NCBI GenBank assembly: GCA_902587295.1
Contig: CACIKS010000001.1
Coordinates: 53,664-117,663, forward strand
DNA from: an uncultured Pelagibacteraceae bacterium
Lineage (GTDB): Bacteria; Pseudomonadota; Alphaproteobacteria; Pelagibacterales; Pelagibacteraceae
DNA length: 64,000 bases
Reading direction: 5' to 3'
In this document: positions 8,680 to 17,200 of the stretch, piece after piece
Layout: every line of letters begins with the position of its first letter
Numbering within the stretch: position 1 is the stretch's first letter
The notes under the pieces: generated by a model
Seen by the model: the letters and a program-made list of their open reading frames with translations, nothing else
What the model was told of the DNA's origin: nothing
The model's database searches: none
Program-made: the position numbers and the translations under genes

Positions 8680-9860
8680 TTTCTTTCAATACACATAGCT
8701 ATACCCATTCCTCCACCAATACACAATGTGGCCAAACCTTTTTTTGAGTCTCTTTTTTGCATTTCATGAATGAGTGTGACAAAAACTCTGGTTCCAGATG
8801 CACCAATCGGGTGTCCTAATGCAATTGCACCTCCATTCACATTCACTTTATCCATAGGAAGGGAAAGTTCTTTTATTACTGCACAACTTTGGGCAGCAAA
8901 AGCTTCATTAGCTTCTATCAAATCTAAATCTTTTGAACTCCAGCCAGCTATCTTTAATGCTTTTTTTGAAGACGGTATTGGTCCAGTACCCATCACTGAG
9001 GGATCTACACCACAAGAAGCCCAAGACTTGATTTCGGCTAAAGGTTTAATTCCTCTTTTTTCTGCTTCACTTTTTGACATTAAAACAACTGCAGCAGCAC
9101 CATCATTAATCCCTGAAGCATTACCAGCAGTAACAGTTCCATCTTTTTGAAAAACAGTTTTAAGCTTTTCTAATACAGCAAGAGATATTCCATCTCTAGG
9201 ATGCTCGTCTTTTTTGAAAATAGAACTACCTTTTTTGGATTTAATTTCAAAAGGAACAATTTCGTCATCAAATTTATTTTTTTTTTGAGCTTCCAAGGCT
9301 TTTGTTTGAGAATTAAAAGCAAATTTATCTTGGTCCTTTCTAGTAATCTGAAATTGTTGCGCAACATTTTCAGCAGTGTTACCCATATGGTACCCATTAA
9401 AAGCATCCCAAAGACCATCTTTAATCATAGAGTCAATTAATTCTGTGTCTCCATATTTTTTTCCATTTCTTAAATGTATTAAATGAGGAGCAAGTGACAT
9501 ACTTTCTTGCCCACCCGCAACAACAATATTAGAGTCATTCGAAATTATTGATTGAAATCCTGAAGCTATAGATCTCAAACCAGATCCACAAACTTGGTTC
9601 ACGACGTAAGCGGGAATTTCTTTTGGTATGCCTGAAGCCATCGAAGCTTGACGGGCTGGATTTTGTCCTGTTCCACCAGTCAATACTTGACCCATAATAA
9701 CCTCATTTACCTCAGAGGGTTTTAAATTAGATTTTTTAATAACATCTGAAATAATAGCCGATCCCATTTCGTGTGCTGGAACGTTTTTGAGTGTTCCACT
9801 TAAGGAACCAATCGCTGTTCTTGCTGCTGAGGTTATAACAACAGTTTTTTTGTCTGACAT
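8676..9860 (-). CDS. Acetyl-CoA C-acetyltransferase (thiolase II)
   Basis: NQVCGSGLRS active-site Cys, GNASGINDGAAA, and C-terminal CIGGGMGIA. The start is placed at ATG 9860 (MSDKKTVVITSAARTAIG). Confidence 0.93.
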   Translation of the reverse strand: MSDKKTVVITSAARTAIGSLSGTLKNVPAHEMGSAIISDVIKKSNLKPSEVNEVIMGQVLTGGTGQNPARQASMASGIPKEIPAYVVNQVCGSGLRSIASGFQSIISNDSNIVVAGGQESMSLAPHLIHLRNGKKYGDTELIDSMIKDGLWDAFNGYHMGNTAENVAQQFQITRKDQDKFAFNSQTKALEAQKKNKFDDEIVPFEIKSKKGSSIFKKDEHPRDGISLAVLEKLKTVFQKDGTVTAGNASGINDGAAAVVLMSKSEAEKRGIKPLAEIKSWASCGVDPSVMGTGPIPSSKKALKIAGWSSKDLDLIEANEAFAAQSCAVIKELSLPMDKVNVNGGAIALGHPIGASGTRVFVTLIHEMQKRDSKKGLATLCIGGGMGIAMCIERK

Positions 9861-9952
9861 TTGTAAAATAATTACATTCAAATTAAACTTATATCAATGA
9901 TATATAAAAACCCTTTAAAGTTGCTAATTTCTTTGATACTTCAATTGATATT

Positions 9953-10030
9953 GGTCCCATAGCTCAATTGGATTAGAGCGTCTCGCTACGGACGAGAAGG
10001 TTGAGGGTTCAAATCCTTCTGGGACCTCCA
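9953..10030 (+). tRNA. tRNA-Arg (anticodon ACG), CCA encoded
   Basis: Perfect acceptor stem GGTCCCA/TGGGACC, anticodon stem TCTCG/CGAGA with loop CTACGGA, and T-arm GAGGG-TTCAAAT-CCTTC. Confidence 0.92.
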
Positions 10031-10054
10031 GATTAAAAAAGGAGTATTATTAGT

Positions 10055-10702
10055 TTGAATAAGATTATTATTGTAGACACTGGTAGCAGCAATATTTTAA
10101 GCCTAAAAAGAGCTATTGAAATTTTCGATAGCAATGTTGAAGTTACTACAAATCCTATAAAAATTTTATCGGCAAATAAAATCTTTTTTCCAGGAGTTGG
10201 CGCTTTTAAAAAAGTTATGGAAAATCTAGAAAAAAATAAACTAGCCGAAACTTTAATTAAGACAAGAGAAAAAAAAACACCTCTACTCGGCATCTGTCTT
10301 GGACTACAGCTATTTTTTGAAACTAGCGAAGAATTTGGAACGAGTAAAGGATTAGGTATAATAAAAGGAAGTGTAAAAAAATTACCTTCAATTTCTGAAG
10401 ACAATGAAAGACTAAAAATACCAAATATGGGTTGGTTTAAAATTGATTTAAATAATCAATTCATAAACAATAAATTTTCTAATTTTATTAAATCTATCAA
10501 CAAAAATAATTTATATTATTTTGTTCATTCTTATTTCGTTGATCCAATCGAAAAAGAAAATATAGCAGCGACTTATAATTTTGGGGGTCATAAAATTCCA
10601 GCCATAGTTTCAAAAGATAATTTTATTGGATGTCAGTTTCATCCTGAAAAAAGTGGAAAAAAAGGTCTTGAAATTATTTCGGATTTTTTAAAATTATCTT
10701 AA
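10055..10702 (+). CDS. hisH: HisH-family class I glutamine amidotransferase (stand-alone, no hisA/hisF neighbour)
   Basis: TTG start preceded by AAGGAG. The N-terminus NKIIIVDTGSSNILS, the nucleophile elbow GICLGLQ and the His-Glu pair in QFHPEKSG are all as in HisH. Confidence 0.85.
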   Translation: MNKIIIVDTGSSNILSLKRAIEIFDSNVEVTTNPIKILSANKIFFPGVGAFKKVMENLEKNKLAETLIKTREKKTPLLGICLGLQLFFETSEEFGTSKGLGIIKGSVKKLPSISEDNERLKIPNMGWFKIDLNNQFINNKFSNFIKSINKNNLYYFVHSYFVDPIEKENIAATYNFGGHKIPAIVSKDNFIGCQFHPEKSGKKGLEIISDFLKLS

Positions 10703-11740
10703 AGATAAAAGTTCATCTATAATTTTTTCAGAATTATATACCTGTTTCCATTTTGGATAATGGTTTTTAAATTTTTTCATATTTGAAATATACCAAATGT
10801 GATCACCAACCCTATTTTGTTTATTGAACTCTTTTTTGATTGGAATATTTGTTAGTTTATAAATGGTATCCATTGCTTCTATTATAGAACAATTAGATTT
10901 TCTACCTCCACCCATATTGTAAACCTCACCTATTCTAGGTTTTGTAAAAAAATGCCAAAAACAATTAACCACATCATAACTATGAATATTGTCCCTCACT
11001 TGTTTACCTTTATATCCATAAATATAATATTTTTTTTTGTCTAAAGCTGTTTTTGCTAAATAAGATAAAAAACCATGAAGTCTTGCTCCAGAGTGATTAG
11101 GACCTGTTATACATCCTGCTCTAAAGCACACAGTCTTAAGACCAATATTTTTTCCATATTCCTGTACAGCAAGATCAGCATAACATTTTGAAGCTCCAAA
11201 AAAACTATGAATACAATTATCAATAGACATACTCTCTGTAATTCCATTTTTATATGAGTGATTATTTTTAATCTCCCATCTGGTTGATTTTTCTATCAAA
11301 GGGAGGTTATTTGGATTGTCGCCGTAAACTTTGTTTGTGGACATAAAAATAAAAGGGGCATCAAAACAGTAGTTTTTAGTCATTTCTAATAGATTAATTG
11401 TTCCTCTAGAATTAATATCAAAATCTTTAAATACGTTATTTTTTGCCCAGTCATGTGACGGTTGAGCAGCAGAATGAATCACAAGCTTAATATTTTTTTT
11501 ATATGTTTTGAAAACTTTTTTAATTGCATCTAGATTGGAAACATCCAAACTAAAATGTTTATAGTTTTTTATATTTCTTTCTAATTTTTTTCTAATCCAA
11601 CTTACATCTCCATCTTTTCCAAAAAACAGTTTTCTAGAGTTATTATCTATACCAATTATATCAAAACCTTTTTCTGAGAAAAAAGTAGCAGCCTCTGAAC
11701 CAACTAATCCACACGAACCTGTAATTAAAACTATTGACAT
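10694..11740 (-). CDS. Extended-SDR NAD-dependent epimerase/dehydratase (CDP-paratose 2-epimerase-like)
   Basis: Rossmann motif ITGSCGLVGS, STNKVYG, and GKQVRDNIH. The YxxxK position reads FGASK (see finding). There is a 9-nt convergent overlap with hisH. Confidence 0.85.
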   Translation of the reverse strand: MSIVLITGSCGLVGSEAATFFSEKGFDIIGIDNNSRKLFFGKDGDVSWIRKKLERNIKNYKHFSLDVSNLDAIKKVFKTYKKNIKLVIHSAAQPSHDWAKNNVFKDFDINSRGTINLLEMTKNYCFDAPFIFMSTNKVYGDNPNNLPLIEKSTRWEIKNNHSYKNGITESMSIDNCIHSFFGASKCYADLAVQEYGKNIGLKTVCFRAGCITGPNHSGARLHGFLSYLAKTALDKKKYYIYGYKGKQVRDNIHSYDVVNCFWHFFTKPRIGEVYNMGGGRKSNCSIIEAMDTIYKLTNIPIKKEFNKQNRVGDHIWYISNMKKFKNHYPKWKQVYNSEKIIDELLSLR

Positions 11741-11866
11741 TGATTTAGATATTCTTTTTTGTTATTAAGTCTAGGTATGAAATTTTTAACACATTTATCC
11801 TTACAAAAATCTGTAATAGTATTTTTTTTATCTGTTTCAATCATTTTGATAGTCTTAACAATTTTA

Positions 11867-12634
11867 CTATAAGTATACTACTGATAATAATATTATTCCC
11901 AATATTAATCTATAAACTACAAACAAATTAAGGTTAAATTTCTTCAGATATATTAAAAAATATTTGATAGTAATATAAGAAAATACAAATGACAAAAAAG
12001 CCGTTAATATTGAGCTCATAGTTAATATTTGATCATTTTGTTTTATTAAGTCAAAAAAACCATACAAACTCCATACTCCCAAAGAAGGAATAGAAAGTAA
12101 AAAAGACATTTTTGCAGCATCTATTCTATTAAACTTTAAAAATCTAGCTCCAGTTATTATTATACCAGATCTGCTTACTCCCGGCACTAAAGCTAATGTT
12201 TGATAAAAGCCAATTATTATTGCATTTTTAAATGTGAAGTTATTTTTTATTTTAAGTTTGATTTTAGATTTATCTGAAATGTACAACAAAATACCAAAAA
12301 TAATTGTAGTCCATCCCATTATCTCTAAGGTTCTTAAATTTGAAATTATTTTTAAATCTATTAAAATATAACCAATTATAAAAATTGGTGTTGATGCAAT
12401 TATTACTTTATAAAATAAATCCTTGTTTTTTGAAAAATTATAAATTTCTTTATTAAAATAAAACAAAACAGCAATCAAAGATCCGAAATGTGCACTAACA
12501 TTAATTGCAAGTTCAATTTTTTCGTAATTAAATATCTTAGATAACAAATTAATGTGGGCCGATGAGCTCACCGGGATAAATTCAGATATACCTTGTATTA
12601 TTGAGATTAAAAGAATTTGAATTATATTTTCCAT
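11867..12634 (-). CDS. uppP: Undecaprenyl-diphosphate phosphatase
   Basis: 255-aa polytopic protein with the BacA/UppP motifs GISEFIPVSSSAH and PGVSRSG. Confidence 0.9.
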   Translation of the reverse strand: MENIIQILLISIIQGISEFIPVSSSAHINLLSKIFNYEKIELAINVSAHFGSLIAVLFYFNKEIYNFSKNKDLFYKVIIASTPIFIIGYILIDLKIISNLRTLEIMGWTTIIFGILLYISDKSKIKLKIKNNFTFKNAIIIGFYQTLALVPGVSRSGIIITGARFLKFNRIDAAKMSFLLSIPSLGVWSLYGFFDLIKQNDQILTMSSILTAFLSFVFSYITIKYFLIYLKKFNLNLFVVYRLILGIILLSVVYL

Positions 12635-12686
12635 GAAGTGACAGCTGATTTATATTTAATTCAACCAATGAGTTCATCTTAAAAAT

Positions 12687-12703
12687 TGCATATCTGATAT
12701 GCA
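12687..12703. promoter_or_regulatory. Perfect 17-bp palindrome TGCATATC-T-GATATGCA in the uppP/gltD divergent intergenic region
   Basis: Read directly from the sequence. It lies 99 nt upstream of the gltD ATG. The binding protein is unknown. Confidence 0.3.
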
Positions 12704-12801
12704 TCTAAATACATATAAAACAGTGGGTTTTTGATCAAATAAGTAAATAATAGTGACCTAATTTTACTTTAAATTATCTGTAATTTAACTATGTTCTGCC
12801 G

Positions 12802-14241
12802 ATGTCTGAAAAAATGTTAAAATTTGTAAATTTGGACCAACAAAATCCACCCAAAAGATCTGTTGATCAAAGAAAAACGGATTTTAAAGAAATCTACGAC
12901 GAGTATATTAATAAGAAAGCTAAAGAGCAATCTAGTAGATGTTCGCAGTGCGGAGTGCCTTTCTGCCAAGTTCACTGCCCATTACATAACAATATTCCAG
13001 ATTGGTTAAAATTAACCGCAGAGGGAAGATTACAAGATGCATATGAACTTTCTCAAAGCACAAATAATATGCCAGAAGTTTGTGGAAGAATATGCCCGCA
13101 AGATAGACTGTGCGAGGGCAATTGTGTAATTGAGCAATCAGGCCATGGAACTGTTACAATTGGTTCGGTTGAAAAATATATTACCGATACTGCGTGGGAA
13201 AAAGGATGGGTTAAACCCATAAAAGTTGAAAAACAAAAAAAACAGTCTGTTGGAATAATTGGTGCAGGTCCAGCTGGATTGGCTTGTGCAGAGGAACTAA
13301 GAAAACTTGGTTATCAAATAACAGTTTATGATAGATACGATCGTCCAGGAGGGTTATTGATTTATGGTATACCTAATTTTAAATTAGAAAAATTTGTTGT
13401 CGAACGAAGAACTAAACTTTTAAAAGACTCGGGTATTAAATTTAAACAGAATTTTGAAGTTGGAAAAGATGCAACACTTGAAGAATTAAAAGAAAGACAT
13501 AATGCTGTATTGATCGCAACTGGAGTTTATAAACCAAGAAATGTAGACGTTGAGGGAAATAATTTAGGAAATATTTTTCCAGCAATGGAATTTTTAACAG
13601 CATCAAATAAAAAAGGTTTAGGTGATAAAGTAAAATTATTTGATGATGGAACACTTAATGCCGAAAACAAAAAAGTCGTAGTAGTTGGAGGTGGTGATAC
13701 TGCAATGGATTGCGTGAGAACTGCAGTAAGACAGAACGCTAAATCGGTCAAATGTTTGTACAGAAGAGATCGAGAAAATATGCCTGGATCTGCTAGGGAG
13801 GTAGGCAATGCAATAGAGGAAGGTGTAGAATTTTTATGGTTATCAAGTCCAAACAAATTCATTGGACAAAAAAACGTTAAAGCTGTTGAAGTTCAGAAAA
13901 TGAAATTGGGGGATCCAGACTCGTCAGGAAGAAAAAAGCCGGTCATTATTGAAAACTCAAATTATGAGTTAGAAGCTGACATAGTTATCAAAGCTTTGGG
14001 TTTTGACCCTGAAAATTTACCAAAATTATTTAATTCAGAAAATTTATCTGTATCAAAATGGGGCACGATAAAGATTGATTTAACTTCAATGCAAACCAAT
14101 ATACCCGGAGTATTTGCTGCAGGCGATATTGTGAGAGGTGCATCACTAGTTGTTTGGGCCATAAGAGATGGTAGAGATGCAGCAACTCAAATTGAGAAAT
14201 ATTTAAAATCAGTTGAATTGAGGAAAGGTGTGGCAGCTTGA
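12802..14241 (+). CDS. gltD: Glutamate synthase (NADPH) small subunit
   Basis: N-terminal Fe-S cysteine clusters (CSQCGVPFCQVHCP, CGRICPQDRLCEGNC) and two dinucleotide folds (GIIGAGPAGL, VVVVGGGDTAMD). Confidence 0.95.
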   Translation: MSEKMLKFVNLDQQNPPKRSVDQRKTDFKEIYDEYINKKAKEQSSRCSQCGVPFCQVHCPLHNNIPDWLKLTAEGRLQDAYELSQSTNNMPEVCGRICPQDRLCEGNCVIEQSGHGTVTIGSVEKYITDTAWEKGWVKPIKVEKQKKQSVGIIGAGPAGLACAEELRKLGYQITVYDRYDRPGGLLIYGIPNFKLEKFVVERRTKLLKDSGIKFKQNFEVGKDATLEELKERHNAVLIATGVYKPRNVDVEGNNLGNIFPAMEFLTASNKKGLGDKVKLFDDGTLNAENKKVVVVGGGDTAMDCVRTAVRQNAKSVKCLYRRDRENMPGSAREVGNAIEEGVEFLWLSSPNKFIGQKNVKAVEVQKMKLGDPDSSGRKKPVIIENSNYELEADIVIKALGFDPENLPKLFNSENLSVSKWGTIKIDLTSMQTNIPGVFAAGDIVRGASLVVWAIRDGRDAATQIEKYLKSVELRKGVAA

Positions 14242-17200
14242 AATTATATAAAAAAAATAAAAAACTCTTAGAAGACAACTACTCCTATGATCCATCACTT
14301 GAGCACGATGCTTGTGGTGTTGGTCTAATAACTTCACTTGATACAAAAAAAAAAAGAGAGGTGGTAGAATATGGAATCCAGTCTCTCAAAGCAGTTTGGC
14401 ACAGAGGTGCAGTTGATGCTGATGGCAAATCTGGCGATGGCGCAGGTATTTGTATTGAAATACCAAAAGAATTTTTTTTAGAAAAAATAAAAGATACAGG
14501 GCATACTCACAAAGGTGAAAATCAAATATGTGTTGGAATGATTTTTTTACCCAGAACAGAGTATTCAGAACAAGAAAAATCTAAAACAATTATTGAGCAA
14601 GTATTAATTGAAAATGATTTTTATATTTACGGTTGGAGACAAGTCCCTGTAAACCCAACTGTCCTTGGCCAAACAGCAGACTCGAATAGACCAGAAATTA
14701 CACAAGTAATGTTTAAAAGCAATAAATTGATGGAGAGAGATGATCTTGAGAGGTTGCTTTACGAGTCTAGAAAAAAGATATTAAAAATTACAAGAGGTCA
14801 ACAAATAAATGATCTCTATATCTGCTCACTAAGCTCTCGTTCTATTATTTATAAAGGAATGTTTTTAGCAGAGGCATTGTCTGATTTTTACCCAGATCTT
14901 AACGACAAAAGATTTATTTCAAGATACGCTATTTTTCATCAAAGATTTTCAACAAATACGTTTCCTAGTTGGAAATTAGCACAACCATTTAGATCTTTAG
15001 CACATAATGGAGAAATCAATACCCTTAAAGGAAATATAAATTGGATGAAAATTCATGAGCAAGATATGTCGAGTAAATTATTCAAGAATGTAGAAGATTT
15101 AAAGCCAGTTATTACACCTGGAAACTCCGATTCAGCTGCATTAGATAATGTTTTTGAATTATTAATACATTCAGGAAAAAGTATTCCACTAATTAAATTG
15201 ATGATGATGCCAGACGCATGGTCAAAAAGAAATAAAATTTTACCAAAATCTCACCAACAACTTTTTGATGTTCTAAACAGCACAATTGAGCCCTGGGATG
15301 GTCCCGCTGCAATCTGTGCTTCAGATAGTAAATGGGCTATAGCCGCAACAGACAGAAACGGATTAAGACCACTTAGATATTCAATTACTACAGATAAGAT
15401 ATTCTGTGCAGGATCAGAAACAGGAATGGTAGAAATTCCTGAAAAAAAAATAATAGAAAAAGGAAGACTTGGTCCAGGCCAATTAATTGCCGTTAATTTA
15501 AAGAAAGGTAAGATTTATAAAGACAAAGAAATTAAAGACTATTTATCAAAAGATTATAAACAATTTAATAAACAAATAATTCATTTAGATAAAAAAATAA
15601 CAACAGAAAAAGAGTTTGCCAATTTTTCAGAAGAAGATTTGCGAAGAAGACAATATCTTTCAGGATATAGTATTGAAGATTTAGAATTAATACTGCATCC
15701 AATGGTAGAAGATGCAAAAGAAGCAACAGGGTCAATGGGTGATGATACTCCAGTAGCAGTGCTTTCAAATCATTACCGACCAATTTCACATTACTTTAGA
15801 CAAAATTTCAGCCAGGTTACAAATCCACCTATTGACTCATTGAGAGAGAATAATGTGATGAGTTTAAAAACACGATTTGGAAATCTAGGTAATATCTTAG
15901 ACTTTAAAAATCTTACAAAAGAAAATATATATGTTCTTGACAGCCCAATACTTAGCAATTCGCAATTAAAAAAATTTAAATCAATATTTTCTGAAAAAGT
16001 AAGAGTTATTGATTGTACTTTTAGTGTAAATGAAAGCTTAAAAGAAAGAATTGAAAAAATTAAAGGTGAGGCGGAAGTAGCAGTTAGGGAAGGTGCAAAT
16101 CATCTAGTTCTTTCTGACAGGAATATTTCAGAGGAAAGAGCTGTTGTACCAATGATTTTAGCAGTTGGTGCAGTACATTCAAATTTAGTTAAACTTTGTA
16201 TTAGAGGCTATGCTTCTATCAATGTTGAAACTTCTGAAGCAATGGATACTCACTCCTTTGCAGTTCTTATAGGAGTTGGTGCAACCACAATTAACCCTTA
16301 CTTAGCAATTGATAGTATTCGTCAAAGATTTGATAAAAAATTATTTGGTAAATTAGATTTTGAGTCCTGTGTAATTAGATTCAAAAGATCTATAAATGCT
16401 GGACTATTAAAAATAATGTCAAAAATGGGAATATCTGTATTAAGTTCTTATAGAGGTGGATGTAACTTTGAAGCTGTTGGTTTGAGCAGAGGGTTGGTCG
16501 CGGACTACTTTCCTGGTATGGTATCTAGAATATCAGGTATTGGAGTTTCAGGAATTGAGAAAAAAATTAAAGAGCTACATTCAAAAGCCTATCAAAAAAA
16601 CGTTGTAGTACTACCAATTGGCGGACTTTATAAATATAGAAAAACTGGAGAGGATCATCAATTTCAAGGAAACCTTATTCATTTACTTCAGCATTCTGTT
16701 GGAAAAAATTCATATGATCTTTTTAAAAAATATACTAATGGAATTCATAAATTAAACCCAACAAATTTAAGAGATCTTTTAGAATTTAGAAGTTCAAATA
16801 AGTCTATAAATATTGACGAAGTAGAGCCTGTTGAAAAAATTACACCAAGGTTTGGAAGCGGAAGTATGTCCCACGGCGCTCTTTCGTCCGAGGCACATGA
16901 AACTTTAGCAATAGGAATGAATAGAATTAAAGGTGCATCTTGTAGTGGCGAGGGTGGCGAGGATGAAAAAAGATTTAAAGTTTTAGAAAATGGAGACTCT
17001 GCAAATTCTAAGGTAAAACAAGTAGCTTCAGCAAGATTTGGAGTTACAGTTAAATACTTAAATAATTGTAAAGAGATTGAAATTAAAATTGCACAAGGTG
17101 CAAAACCGGGTGAAGGTGGCCAGTTACCCGGGTTCAAAGTTACAAAAGAAATTGCAAGATTACGCCATTCTACTCCCGGGGTAACTTTGATCTCTCCTCC

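Noticed and set aside
10033-10404. 123-aa minus-strand ORF opposite hisH
   Set aside because: This is a shadow ORF. It would also overlap the end of tRNA-Arg.
10031-12634. A second tRNA-associated islet behind tRNA-Arg (hisH-like, epimerase, uppP)
   Set aside because: I found no copy of the tRNA-Arg 3' end (only a 6-mer match near 11796). The composition is the same as the rest of the window.
12791-12820. 9-codon upstream ORF MFCRCLKKC overlapping the gltD start
   Set aside because: It is too short, has no SD sequence and no evident attenuator structure. It is most likely chance.
14345-14355. A11 homopolymer inside gltB (and similar A/T runs elsewhere, for example T11 at 41390-41400) as phase-variation switches
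   Set aside because: These runs encode Lys/Phe stretches in essential genes and are a by-product of extreme AT bias. They are not positioned at the 5' ends of surface-variation genes.
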